A stretch of 64,000 nucleotides of DNA, taken from assembly GCA_030949995.1 (NCBI GenBank), contig JAUZRY010000009.1, positions 6,195 to 70,194 of the forward strand. Direction: 5' to 3'. Numbering within the stretch: position 1 is the first letter of the stretch; each line of letters starts with the position of its first letter. Source of the DNA: Ardenticatenia bacterium (GTDB lineage: Bacteria > Chloroflexota > Anaerolineae > Ardenticatenales > Ardenticatenaceae). A model generated the notes under the pieces. That model did no database searches. It saw only the letters and a list, made by a program, of their open reading frames with translations, and had not been told where the DNA came from. Below are positions 27,930-38,690 of this stretch, piece after piece. Made by a program: the position numbers and the translations under genes.

Positions 27930-28132
27930 ATGGCACAGTGGACCAGCGTGAGGACACGTGGTGATCCAAACCAAATGTTGTCATACCTTAAATGCACTTT
28001 GAGGCCCGATTGTGAAAATGATTTCCCCTTCATGGCAGTTGAGTTTGACCCGCACGGCCACATGTGCCAAAATATTCCACCCCTTTGTCACCTGACGTGA
28101 GCGTTTGGCCGGAAAGGAAACGGGGAACACCC

Positions 28133-29992
28133 ATGACACAGCAGGCACATCTCTGGCCCGTACCACGGAGAAACGTGGTAGCACGCCGACCGGGAAGCTG
28201 GTGGGGCGTGTTGGCCGCGTGGTGTTTGGCCCTTGCGACCCTTTTCGCTGTGGCCGTGTGGGCCACCACCACTGCTTATGCTGACCGCATCTACCCCGGT
28301 GTGACTGTGGAAGGCGTGCCGCTGGGCGGGCTCTCACCGGAAACGGCCGAGGCTGTGTTGCGGGGGCGTCTCCAAGAATATGGGAGCCGTCCCGTGGTGC
28401 TGCGCGCCGCCGGACGGCAGTGGGCCTACACGCTAAGCGACGTGGGGTACCGGCTCCACGTGGAAGCCACAGTGGCCCGTGCCTACGCCGTGGGCCGGGA
28501 AGGAGCACTCTGGCGTCGTCCACTCGTCTGGTGGAATCTCCTCCGGGGCGGATACGACATCGCCCCCGTGCACAGCTTTGATGCGCAGACCGGCTTGGCC
28601 CTCCTCTCCCTCATTGCCAGGGAGCTCCACCGCACCCCACAAGATGCCCGCGTGGACGTAGTGGGCTTGGACGCGTACGCCCGCCCGGCACTACCGGGGC
28701 GCACTCTGGACATCGAAGCCTCCTTGCAGCGCCTGCGGGAGCTCGCCTTGCGAGGTGAAGGGAGCACCGTCGAGCTCGTCGTGGTCGAGCGTCCGCCCTT
28801 GATTCGCTCGGCTGAGCCGGCGGCATCGCGAGCACGCCGCCTCCTCACAGGGCGTCCGCGCTTGGAAGCCCGTGTGCCCACGTGGGTGGGAGAAGGGAAA
28901 ACTGCCCGGCGCCTCGAACTGCCCCTGGTCTGGGCCTTCCGACGGACTCCCCTGAGCCGCGCACTCCGCGTCATCCCCGTGGAGGTGGCAGAAGGACAAC
29001 GTGCCTGGCAGGTGGATGCCGATATGTCGCCCTTGAAGGACGAAGTGGCTACGTTGGTCGCACGGCTGGCTCAGCCGCCGCGCGATGCCCGGTTCGACTA
29101 CAATCCCGACACAGGAACCCTGCGCCCCCTTATTGTCAGCCAGCCGGGCATCACTGTGGACCCAGAGGCAGCATTGCGGGCTCTGAAAGCGGCGTGGCTG
29201 GAAGGACGTTCGACATCCGCCCTGCCCGTGCAGATCACCTGGCCGGCCGTCTCCACCGCCGACGCCGGGCGTCTGGAAGTGAGCAACATCGTGGCCGTGG
29301 GGGAGAGCACCTTCGGCGGTTCACCGCCGGCAAGGGAACAGAACATTGCCGTCTCCTCCGCTCGCTTTCACGGCATCGTGATCCCTCCCCACACTGAGGT
29401 AAGCTTCAACACATACCTCGGTGAAATCCTCGATGCCACCGGCTACGAGGAGAGCTACATCATCCTCGGCAACCGTACCGCCGTGGGCATTGGCGGAGGC
29501 ATCTGCCAAGTCTCCACAACCCTCTTTCGGGCCGCTTTCTTCGCCGGGTTCCAAATTACCGAGCGGCGGGCCCACGGCTACCGCGTCCGCTATTACGAAC
29601 CTCCCATCGGTTTGGACGCTACCGTCTTCTCCCCCTACGTGGACTTCAAATTCCGAAATGACACCGACAACTACTACCTCCTCCAACGTGAGCTCGACCT
29701 CAAGGCAAAACGCCTGCGATTCGTGCTCTACGGGCCAGATACGGGCCGCATGGTGGAAATGATCGGCCCCCAAGTATTGGAGATCACCCCCCACGGTGAC
29801 CCCATCTATGAAGAAGACCCATCCCTGCCGGCCGGCGTGATCAAACAAGTGGACTGGGCGCAAGATGGTGCCCGCGTGAAAGTGGAGCGCATTGTGCGCC
29901 ACAGGACCACAGGCGAAGTGATCTACCACGACGTCTTCTGGAGCACCTACCGTCCTTGGGTGGCCCGCTACTTGGTGGGCACCGGGCCCTGA
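28133..29992 (+). CDS. VanW-family protein (N-terminal membrane anchor)
   Basis: Anchor WWGVLAAWCLALATLFAVAVWA. VanW core GGGICQVSTTLFRAAFFAGFQITERRAHGYRVRYYEP...GLDATVF. Confidence 0.8.
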   Translation: MTQQAHLWPVPRRNVVARRPGSWWGVLAAWCLALATLFAVAVWATTTAYADRIYPGVTVEGVPLGGLSPETAEAVLRGRLQEYGSRPVVLRAAGRQWAYTLSDVGYRLHVEATVARAYAVGREGALWRRPLVWWNLLRGGYDIAPVHSFDAQTGLALLSLIARELHRTPQDARVDVVGLDAYARPALPGRTLDIEASLQRLRELALRGEGSTVELVVVERPPLIRSAEPAASRARRLLTGRPRLEARVPTWVGEGKTARRLELPLVWAFRRTPLSRALRVIPVEVAEGQRAWQVDADMSPLKDEVATLVARLAQPPRDARFDYNPDTGTLRPLIVSQPGITVDPEAALRALKAAWLEGRSTSALPVQITWPAVSTADAGRLEVSNIVAVGESTFGGSPPAREQNIAVSSARFHGIVIPPHTEVSFNTYLGEILDATGYEESYIILGNRTAVGIGGGICQVSTTLFRAAFFAGFQITERRAHGYRVRYYEPPIGLDATVFSPYVDFKFRNDTDNYYLLQRELDLKAKRLRFVLYGPDTGRMVEMIGPQVLEITPHGDPIYEEDPSLPAGVIKQVDWAQDGARVKVERIVRHRTTGEVIYHDVFWSTYRPWVARYLVGTGP

Positions 29993-30108
29993 GAACCCCT
30001 CCATGTCCCTTCTCCACACCAACTGTCCTGGATGGTGGCACTTTGTCTCGTCTTCTCCTCACCATTCCAGGGCACTTGCCACCGTTCTGTCATGAACGCA
30101 TAACGGAT

Positions 30109-30137
30109 TTGATTTTTCCCCCGACCTGGTGTATGAT
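30109..30137 (+). promoter_or_regulatory. Candidate sigma70-type promoter (TTGATT-17 nt-TATGAT) upstream of ricT
   Basis: TTGATT at 30109-30114, and TATGAT at 30132-30137 preceded by TG. Confidence 0.5.
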
Positions 30138-30183
30138 ACACCCGTGACACGGAGAACTCCCCGCCGGAGGCGTAGAAGAGCTC

Positions 30184-31065
30184 ATGGCACCGCAGCAGGT
30201 GTACGGTGTTCGTTTCCAGAACGTCGGCAAAATTTACCACTTCGTTAACCGATCCGACACTTCCCTGAAAGTGGGCGATCGCGTTGTGGTGGAGACGAGC
30301 CGCGGCACGGAGCTGGGATGGGTGGCCACTGTGGAGCTCATGCCCGAGGACCGCCCTCCCGAGAGCTACAAGCCCATTGTGCGCAAGGCGACCAGCCACG
30401 ATCTGCTGCGGCGACAGCGCTACCGCCACCTGGAAAAGGAGGTGTTAGTGCGGGCCCGCATGGCAGCCGTGGAAGCTGGGCTGACGGTGAAAATCGCCAA
30501 GGCTGAATACAGCTTCGACGGGACACGGGTGACCCTCTACTACGGCACAGAGAAACGGGTCAATCTCACCCCGGTGAAGCGCCGGTTGGAGAAACAGTAC
30601 AAGATCAAGGTGGAATTCCGACAAATTGGGCCGCGTGATGTGGCCAAATATTTGGGCGGTCCCGGGGCCTGTGGGCTGGAAACCCGCTGTTGCTCGGCCT
30701 TCCTGACCGAATTTCAGCCCATCTCCATTAAGATGGCCAAAGCGCAGGACTTGCCGTTGGTTCCCTCCGAGATTGCCGGCATGTGCGGCCGTCTGCGCTG
30801 TTGCCTGGCCTACGAATATGAGTTCTACAAGGACGCAAGCGCCGGCATGCCCAAAGTGGGCAAGTGGGTGGTCACCGAGAAGTACAGCGGCAAAGTGGTG
30901 GAACGCAATATCCTCAAGCAGACCATAACCCTGCAAACCGACCAAGGGCGTGTGGAGATTCCGGCTCAGGAGTTGTGGGTGGGAAAATCGGGCCAGCCAC
31001 CCATCGCCGGAGGGTGTGGCCCAGCCGGTGGCGGATGTGGTGGCGCCTGTACCATGCGAGCGTGA
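30184..31065 (+). CDS. ricT: PSP1-domain protein (RicT/YaaT-like)
   Basis: VYGVRFQNVGKIYHF...GDRVVVETSRGTELG...EFRQIGPRDVAKYLGG.GACGLETRCCSAFL...CGRLRCCLAYEYEFY. Confidence 0.85.
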   Translation: MAPQQVYGVRFQNVGKIYHFVNRSDTSLKVGDRVVVETSRGTELGWVATVELMPEDRPPESYKPIVRKATSHDLLRRQRYRHLEKEVLVRARMAAVEAGLTVKIAKAEYSFDGTRVTLYYGTEKRVNLTPVKRRLEKQYKIKVEFRQIGPRDVAKYLGGPGACGLETRCCSAFLTEFQPISIKMAKAQDLPLVPSEIAGMCGRLRCCLAYEYEFYKDASAGMPKVGKWVVTEKYSGKVVERNILKQTITLQTDQGRVEIPAQELWVGKSGQPPIAGGCGPAGGGCGGACTMRA

Positions 31066-31083
31066 GCAGAACGGAGTACCATT

Positions 31084-32109
31084 ATGGCAGTACGGTTTGT
31101 GGACCTTGAAGACCGCCAAGGGAAAACCAGCTTGTTTGACCGTTACGGCCGGCGTATTCACTACCTGCGCGTGTCGCTCATCGACCAGTGCAACCTGCGC
31201 TGTGTCTACTGTATGCCCGTGCGGGGCAACCACTTCACCCCAAAAGCCGAGTGGCTGACCCCCGAGGAGATCGAAACCATCGTGCGGGCGGCCGTGTCAG
31301 TAGGATTCGACAAAGTCCGCCTGACCGGCGGCGAGCCCACTCTGCGCCCCGATCTGCTCGAAATCGTGGAGCGGCTGGCCGGCATTGAGGGCATTCGCAC
31401 CCTGGCGATGACCACTAACGGCCTCCTCCTGCCCAAGCTCGCCCACCCCCTCAAACAGGCCGGGTTGACCAGGGTCAACATCCACTTGGACACTGTGAAG
31501 AAGCCTTCGCTGAACAGGATCATGCTCTACACCCGTTTCGAGAAGGTGTGGGCCGGCATTCTGGCCGCCGAGGAAGCCGGCTTGCTTCCTATCAAGTTGA
31601 ACGCCGTGGTCCTGCGTGGGTACAATGACGAGGACGTGGCCGACTTGGCCGCCCTCACCCTCGACCACCCGTGGCACGTGCGTTTCATCGAGGCCATGCC
31701 CTTGGGCCCCCAGGCGACAGTGGCCTTGGAGCGCTTCGTCTCCAACGCGGAGACGAAGGCGCGCATTGAGGAGCGCTTCGGCCCCCTGGAACCCGCCTTC
31801 GACGGCCAGCTTGTGGGTGAGGCGCGCATGTACCGTATTCCCGACGCAGCCGGCTTCATCGGCTTCATCAGCCCGGTGAGCGAGCCGTACTGTGATAGTT
31901 GTAACCGCCTGCGCCTCACGGCCGATGGCAAAATGCGGCTCTGTTTGTTAACAGACCACGAGCTCGACTTTCGCCAGGCCCTGCAGGAAGGGGGCCAAGA
32001 GGCCCTTCAAGCCCTTTTTGCCCGTGCTGTTCGGGCCAAACCAGTAGGACACCAATTGCGCTCAGGGGTCTATCCCCTCATTCGCAGCATGAGCCAGATC
32101 GGTGGCTAA
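31084..32109 (+). CDS. moaA: GTP 3',8-cyclase (molybdenum cofactor biosynthesis, radical SAM)
   Basis: YLRVSLIDQCNLRCVYCMP, RLTGGEPTLRPDL, and C-terminal CDSCNRLRLTADGKMRLCL. Confidence 0.9.
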   Translation: MAVRFVDLEDRQGKTSLFDRYGRRIHYLRVSLIDQCNLRCVYCMPVRGNHFTPKAEWLTPEEIETIVRAAVSVGFDKVRLTGGEPTLRPDLLEIVERLAGIEGIRTLAMTTNGLLLPKLAHPLKQAGLTRVNIHLDTVKKPSLNRIMLYTRFEKVWAGILAAEEAGLLPIKLNAVVLRGYNDEDVADLAALTLDHPWHVRFIEAMPLGPQATVALERFVSNAETKARIEERFGPLEPAFDGQLVGEARMYRIPDAAGFIGFISPVSEPYCDSCNRLRLTADGKMRLCLLTDHELDFRQALQEGGQEALQALFARAVRAKPVGHQLRSGVYPLIRSMSQIGG

Positions 32110-32253
32110 TCGCGGAGACTGTTTGACAACACGTTGTGCCCGACACAAACGAGCGTGCAATTTTGCAGCACAGCCAGAACTGAGTAGAGTAGGTGGGTGC
32201 GTCGACAACCGATATGGACGACGCGCTCAAAAACGACATCAAGGAGGGGTGCC

Positions 32254-32658
32254 ATGACGGTCCAGTTTCACCAGGATGAAGCGTTGGTCACGATGAGCGA
32301 CGCGGCCATCAACGTGGTTCGCGCGCTCATGGCCCAGAAGAACATCGAAGGCTACGCCCTGCGTGTCTTCGTGACCGGCGGGGGCTGTGCCGGCTTCCAG
32401 TACGGCATGGCCTTCGAAAGGGAGCCCCGCCCGGGCGATCACGTCATCGAAGTGGCTGACGACGTGCGGGTGGTGATCGACCCCACCAGCGCCGTCTACT
32501 TGGCTGGCGCCCACATCGACTACGTGGACAACCTCATGGGCGGTGGCTTTCGCATCGAGAACCCCAACGCCGTGGCCTCCTGTGGCTGTGGTCACTCCTT
32601 CCGCACGAAAGAGGCGGATAGCGCCAGCACGGCCGGCGGCGGATGCAGTTGTGGATAA
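32254..32658 (+). CDS. erpA: HesB/IscA/ErpA-family iron-sulfur cluster insertion protein
   Basis: AAGGAGGGG RBS. LRVFVTGGGCAGFQYGM...CGCGHSF, plus a short Cys-containing tail. Confidence 0.85.
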   Translation: MTVQFHQDEALVTMSDAAINVVRALMAQKNIEGYALRVFVTGGGCAGFQYGMAFEREPRPGDHVIEVADDVRVVIDPTSAVYLAGAHIDYVDNLMGGGFRIENPNAVASCGCGHSFRTKEADSASTAGGGCSCG

Positions 32659-32679
32659 GCCAGTTGCTGGGAACAGACT

Positions 32680-32711
32680 CGTCCCGGATCAAGGTGTCCG
32701 GGACGATTTTT
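32680..32711 (+). terminator. Rho-independent terminator after erpA
   Basis: CGTCCCGGA-TCAAGGTG-TCCGGGACG followed by ATTTTT. Confidence 0.7.
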
Positions 32712-32775
32712 GCGCGTCGGCCGAACGACATCATGAATCGCGACGCGCGCACATCTGGAAGCGAGGAGGTGAACC

Positions 32776-34276
32776 TTGCGCGTTCTGCTGATCAACCCCA
32801 AGTTTCGCCTGCCCATTGACACGCGCACAACGCCCCACTTGGGGCTTGCCTACTTGGGCGCTGTCACCGAGCGACGGGGCGACATGTGCAAAATCTACGA
32901 CGCCGATGTCGAGGACGAACCCCTAGCTGATGTGCTCCGCCAGTTTCGTCCTGATGTGGTGGGCATTACGGCCAATACCCCTCAAGTCAAGCAGGCCTGG
33001 CGCACGGCCCAGCTCATTAAACAAGTCATACCGGGCACCCCCATCATCATCGGCGGGCCGCATCCCAGTGTCCTCAGCGAGGAAAGCGCCATGCGGCCTG
33101 AAATTGACATCGTGGTCCGGGGCGAAGGAGAGGCGATCTGGGTGGAGCTGCTCGATGTCATTGACATGGCCAAACAGGCCGACCCCGACTTCACCGCCGA
33201 AGATCTCCTCGACCCCGAGGCCCACCTCTTGGACACAGTCTTCGGCATCACGTACCGGACCAGCGACGGCAAAATCCACCTCAACCCGGACCACCCGCCC
33301 ATCCCCAACTTGGATGACCTCCCCTGGCCCGCGTACCACCTCTTCAAAATGGAGCGCTACACCAACCTTCAGCCGGCCACCGACCACGTGGACGGTGCTC
33401 GCTCCTTCAGCATCCTCACCTCCCGCGGGTGCCCCTACCGGTGCACTTTCTGCTCCCAGAGCATCATGCCCCAAAAGTGGCGTTGCCGTTCCGCCCAAAA
33501 CGTGGCCGACGAGTGGGAGCACCTAGTACGCGACTACGGCGCCCAGGAGATCGGCGTCTTGGACGACAGCGCCAACATCCGTGTGGACCGGCTCCACGAG
33601 CTGGCCGATGAGCTCATCAGGCGCAAGATCAACCACGTGCCATGGATCTTTGTCAACGGCATTCGCGCTAACCTCGCCTCCAAGGAACTGCTCTCCCACC
33701 TGAAAGAGGCTGGCCTGAAGCGCGTGGCCTTTGGCGTGGAAACAGGCGACCCCGACATCATGCTTTCCATTGACAAGCGCATTGACCATGACACCATCCG
33801 CCAAGCCTTCCAGAACGCCAAGGAGGTGGGCTTGGAGACCATCGGCTTCTTCATCATTGGGCTCCCGGGGGGACACCGAGGAGACGATGGAGCGCACCAT
33901 CCAGTTTGCCATCGAGCTTGACCCCATGATCGCGAACTTCTCCATGATGACCCCCTACCCCGGCACCAAAGTCTACGAGATTGTCAAGCGCAAGGGGCGC
34001 ATGTTAGTCAAGGACTGGGACGATTACGTCTTCTTCGACGGCAAAGCACGCTACGAAATGGGCGAATTGACGGCCGAGCTCGTCGAGCGCAAGTGGCGCG
34101 AGGCGTACCGGCGCTTCTACCTGCGGCCACGCCGCATCGTCAGGACGCTCACGCGCAAGGACTTCTGGCTCAATTTCCCGCGCACGAGCCGCGTGGCGTT
34201 CCGCACCATCTTTCCGCGCAAGGTGAAGAAGGAATTGGCCCGCGAGTTGGGCAAGTCGGCGGTGGGGGCACAGTGA
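32776..34276 (+). CDS. B12-binding-domain radical SAM enzyme (class B); apparent frameshift in G6 at 33867-33872
   Basis: GAGGAGGTG RBS and TTG start. N-terminal cobalamin-binding-like domain (VVGITANTPQV...IIIGGPHPS...VVRGEGE). Radical SAM motif SRGCPYRCTFCSQ. It joins ORFs 32776..33921 and 33731..34276. Confidence 0.8.
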
Positions 34277-34292
34277 GTGAGGAGGTTTCACT

Positions 34293-35753
34293 ATGGCAAC
34301 CAAGGTGACGTTGGTCTACGCTGGCATCGCCGGCAAGGGGTTCAACAGCCTGAAGCAGGGTATGGACTCAGGGTGGATCAGCCACGGGTTGGCCAGCCTA
34401 TCAGCCTGCTTGAAGCAGGCCGGCTTTGAAGTTGATCTCATTGACTTGCGAGCGCTGCGAGGGTGGGAACACTTCCGCGAAGTCTTCGCACAGCGCAACC
34501 CTGATGTGGTGGGCCTCACCATGATGAGCGTGGACTTCAACCCGGTGATGGAGGCCATCTCCATCATCAAAGAAGTCAAGCCCGAGGCCGTCACGGTCGT
34601 GGGCGGCCCTCACCCCACCGCGGAACCGGACGAGGTGTTGGAGAACCCGCTGGTGGACTACATCGTCATTGCCGAAGGGGAAATCACGTTCACCAACTTG
34701 GTCCGCTCCATCGACGCCGGCTCCCGACCAGAAAGCCGACGCCTGATCGGCATTCACCCGGACTTGGACAAACTCCCCTTTGCCGACCGCGATCTCTTCC
34801 TGGAGGAGTGGCGCAAGTGGGGCTATGACCTCGACTCCCCCGAGGTTCCCTTCGTCGAGGAGTTGCCCCCGCCCTTTGTCACCATCATTGCCGGCCGAGG
34901 GTGTCGCTACAAGTGCAATTTCTGCAAGCCCATGGAGGATTTCCTCTTCGGCAAAGGCACGCGCCGTCGCTCAGTGGACAACGTCATCGCCGAGCTCAAG
35001 GTGTTGCGCGACAAGTACAACTTCGCCTCGTTCATGTTCCATGACGACTGCTTAACTGAAGACCGTGAGTGGGTCATGGAGTTCTGCGAGAAGTACAAGG
35101 CTGAAGGCTTTACCCAACCGTTCTTCTGCCAATCCCGCGCCGACATCATTTACCACCACGAGGACATGGTGGCCCTCATGGCCGACGCCGGCCTCAAGGG
35201 CTACTTTATCGGCTTCGAAGCGGCAACAACCGGGTGCTCAACTTTATCCGTAAGGGCACGACACGGGAGAAGAACATCGCGGCGGCCAAGATCTGCCGCA
35301 AGTACGGCCTCACCATCTGGGCCAATTACATGCTCGGCCTGCCCACCGAAACAGAAGAAGAGGTCATGGACACCATCAGCATGTTGAAGATCATTGATCC
35401 GGACTACTACAGCCCGGCCTTCTACACCCCCCCACCCGGGCTCAGATCTCTTCCAGTACGGCCTCCAACATGACCTCCACCTCGTCATGGATCACGACTC
35501 CTACCGTCGGAACCCCACAGAGGCCAAGATCAAGGGATTGGACATCGAGTTCCTCATGTGGGCACGCGATGAGAGCCAAAAACGTCTCTTCCGCAACCGC
35601 GTCAAGCGGGCCGTGCGAAAGGCGTGGCGCAAGTACAGCGATCCCCACAAGTACGTGCGCAAAGCCCGCTCCATCTGGCACAGCTTGACTGGCGGTGGCT
35701 CTGGTACCTCTTCGGGCGGCCCGCGCCGTCGTCCCGAGTTCCGGCGCGCCTGA
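34293..35753 (+). CDS. Second B12-binding-domain radical SAM enzyme; two apparent frameshifts (about 35219 and C7 at 35427-35433)
   Basis: VVGLTMMSVDF...VVGGPHPTA...VIAEGE, and the radical SAM motif GRGCRYKCNFCKP. It joins ORFs 34293..35387, 35234..35473 and 35394..35753. Confidence 0.8.
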
Positions 35754-35794
35754 TCACCATCGACCTGTGGTCGCTCGCCCAGTAACGACCGCGA

Positions 35795-35840
35795 ACAACG
35801 CCCTCGGTGTCGAGACCACCGGGGGCGTTGTGTTCTCCCC
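35795..35840 (+). terminator. Terminator-like extended hairpin after the rSAM pair
   Basis: ACAACGCCC-T-CGGTG...CACCG-G-GGGCGTTGT followed by GTTCTCC (weak T-tract). Confidence 0.45.
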
Positions 35841-35926
35841 AATGGCCGCGACACTCCCCACCTGTTGGCGTGAAATGTGAAATTGGGGTAAGCTAATGAT
35901 GTGGGCCCTGGAGATCGACGAACCAG

Positions 35927-36848
35927 GTGCCCGTGGACGAGATGTTCATGCACGCACCAATGAGGGATGCCGCGGAGATGAACCGAATTCCCTCCACACC
36001 ACCCGTTGTGCGCCTGGAGGACGTTCATCACGTCTACGCTGGCAGCCGCCCGGTGGAGGCGCTACGAGGTGTGTCGATGGCCTTCTGGCCCGGAGAACAC
36101 GTGGCCATTATTGGGCCCAATGGCAGCGGCAAGAGCACGCTGGCCCGTCACCTGAACGCCCTTCTCCTGCCCACGGCCGGCGACGTGTGGGTCAAGGCGT
36201 GGAACACCAAGGACCCTGGACCACCTGCAGGATGTGCGTGCCACGGTCGGCATGGTCTTCCAGCACCCTGATGCCCAAATCGTGGCCACCGTCGTGGAAG
36301 AAGATGTGGCCTTTGGACCTGAAAACTTGGGAGTGCCCCCGGCAGAGCTGCGCCGGCGCGTGGACTGGGCTCTCGACGTGGTGGGCATGACCCCGTATCG
36401 CCGCCGTCCGCCCCACTGGCTTAGCGGGGGCCAGAAGCAGCGCGTGGCCCTGGCCGGCGCCATTGCCATGAAGCCGGATGTGCTGGTCCTGGATGAGGCC
36501 ACAGCCCTTTTGGACCCCATTGGCCGGCGTGACATCTGGCAGGCCGTTATCCGACTGAACCGCGAGGACAACATGACGGTCATCACCATCACCCACTTCA
36601 TGGAGGAGGCTGCCCTGGCCGACCGGGTGATCGTCATGTGGGCCGGCCAAGTGGTGTTGGATGGCCCCCCGCGTCACGTCTTCGGACAGGCTGACCGTTT
36701 GCGCGCTTGGGGGCTCGACGTGCCCCCTGTGACCCAGTTGGCTCACAGGCTGCACGCCTTGGGCCTCGTCATTCCGCCCGACATCGTCACCCTGGACGAC
36801 TTCGTAGAAGCTATCTGTGCCCTGCGCGCCGCCCAAAGGATGACATAA
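35927..36848 (+). CDS. ecfA: ECF transporter ATPase EcfA1; apparent frameshift near 36215
   Basis: GPNGSGKST, VGMVFQHPDAQ, LSGGQKQRVALAGA and LVLDEATALLDP. It joins ORFs 35927..36271 and 36234..36848. The true start is uncertain, with ATG candidates at 35942-35978. Confidence 0.8.
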
Positions 36849-36902
36849 AGATCACACCACTGGCCCCGAGACGCTTTTTCGGGCCGAACACGAGAGGAAG
36901 TC

Positions 36903-37776
36903 GTGAACGCCCGTGAGCTCGTCATCGAAGTGAGGGGCTTGGCGTATACCCACCTGCGCCACACCCCCTTTGCCGCCCAAGCCCTCAAGGAGGTGAACTT
37001 GGAGGTGTGGCGTGGAGAGGCAGTGGCCATTCTCGGGCCCACTGGCAGCGGCAAGAGCACCCTCGTGCAACACCTCAATGGCCTGTTGCGCCCCCAGGAA
37101 GGGCGTGTCCGAGTCCTGGGCTTTGACTTGAATGATCCCCGCGTGGACGTGCGCGCCCTGCGCCGGCGCGTGGGCTCTCGTCTTCCAGTTTCCGGAGAGC
37201 CACCTGTTCGAACGCTACGTGGGCGACGACGTGGCCTTTGGCCCTCGCCAATTGGGGTTCAGCCGGGAAGAGGTGCGCGCTCTGGTGCGCGAGGCCATGG
37301 AGGCCGTGGGCCTGCCCTTTGAGCAGTTCAAGGACCGGTTCACCTTTGCCCTGAGCGGCGGCGAACAGCGGCGTGTGGCCCTGGCCGGCGTGCTTGCCCT
37401 GCGGCCCGAGATCCTCATTTTGGACGAACCCCTGGCTGGGCTCGACCCGGCTGGCCGCCGCCACCTCATTGCCCTGTTGCGTCGCCTGCGAGCCGAGAGA
37501 GGGGTGACCCTAGTGCTCGTCTCCCACGACGTGGATGACCTCATCCACCTGGTGGACCGATGCGTTATCGTGGCTGACGGCCGCACCGTGATGGCCGGTA
37601 CGCCCCGTGAGCTCTTCGTTCATCCCCCGGCGCGGCTGGCCGAATTCGGCCTCCGGCCGCCAGCCGTGGTAACGGCCATGCACGCCCTGGCCGACCGGGG
37701 TATCCCTGTTCGGCGCAATTGCCTCACTGTGGACGAGGCCGCGGACGAATTGGTCCGTCTGTTAGGGGAGGAGTGA
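36903..37776 (+). CDS. ecfA: ECF transporter ATPase EcfA2; apparent frameshift at about 37176
   Basis: [34 protein letters not shown] and [12 protein letters not shown]. It joins ORFs 36903..37322 and 37132..37776. Confidence 0.85.
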
Positions 37777-38630
37777 TGATGGAAAACTTGGAGCTCAGGC
37801 GCCACGTGACCATTGGCCAATACGTGTCCACCAGCTCGCCCCTTCATCACATGGACCCCCGGTTCAAATTGGTGGCCTTTGTGGCTCTCGTGTTGGCCGT
37901 CACGTTTACCGACTCCTACCTGGGCAACGCGGCCCTACTGGCCCTCATGGGAGGACTCATTGTGCTGTCGAGGGTGCCCGCGCGCTATGTGCTGGGAGGG
38001 CTACGCCCTGCGTTGCCCATCTTATTGCTCCTTGCTGCCCTACAAATTCTGCTCTACGCGCCCGATTTTACCGGCGAGGAGGGGTGTACGACCCTCGTCC
38101 GGGCGTGGTTTGTCCACAGCACCACCTGCAGCGTCAAGTTGGCTGTGGTCTCGGCGGCCCGCTTCGTGGAGCTCCTCGTGCTGACAAGCCTGCTCACCCT
38201 CACCACCACGACCACGGGATTGACCCACGGGGTTGAGCACCTCCTGGCCCCCCTGCAGCGCCGTTTGGGGTTCCCAGCTCACGAATTGGCCCTCACCCTG
38301 ACCATCACGTTGCGCTTCGTGCCCACCTTTGCCGAGGAATTAGAGCGTTTGATCAAGGCCCAAGTGTCCAGGGGCGCTGACCTAGGAGGCCACAGCCGCT
38401 TGCGCGCCGTGCGGCGGGCTCAAGCCTTGCTCCCTGTCCTCGTCCCCTTGCTCCTTGGCGCTCTGCGCCGCGCCGAGATGCTAACCGTGGCGATGCAGGC
38501 GCGCGGGTACGTGGGAGGACGGGGGCGTACCCGGTTTGTCCAGCTACACAGCACGCCCCGGGACGCTGTGGCCCTGTGCCTGGCCCTGCTGGCCGCGGTC
38601 GCGATTGTCGTTTTGCCTTGGCCGTGGTGA
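37776..38630 (+). CDS. ecfT: ECF transporter transmembrane component EcfT
   Basis: TGATG overlap with ecfA2. LHHMDPRFKLVAFVALVL...FVPTFAEELERLIKAQVSRGADL...AEMLTVAMQARGY. Confidence 0.85.
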   Translation: MMENLELRRHVTIGQYVSTSSPLHHMDPRFKLVAFVALVLAVTFTDSYLGNAALLALMGGLIVLSRVPARYVLGGLRPALPILLLLAALQILLYAPDFTGEEGCTTLVRAWFVHSTTCSVKLAVVSAARFVELLVLTSLLTLTTTTTGLTHGVEHLLAPLQRRLGFPAHELALTLTITLRFVPTFAEELERLIKAQVSRGADLGGHSRLRAVRRAQALLPVLVPLLLGALRRAEMLTVAMQARGYVGGRGRTRFVQLHSTPRDAVALCLALLAAVAIVVLPWPW

Positions 38631-38690
38631 GCCGGAGAAACGGTTCGTCTGGCGAGCATCAACCGAACGTGGGTGTACAGTGGGAGGCAC

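Noticed and set aside
26544-27974. 476-aa minus-strand ORF opposite the CHAT domain
   Set aside because: It is a shadow ORF. The plus strand encodes an intact CHAT catalytic region.
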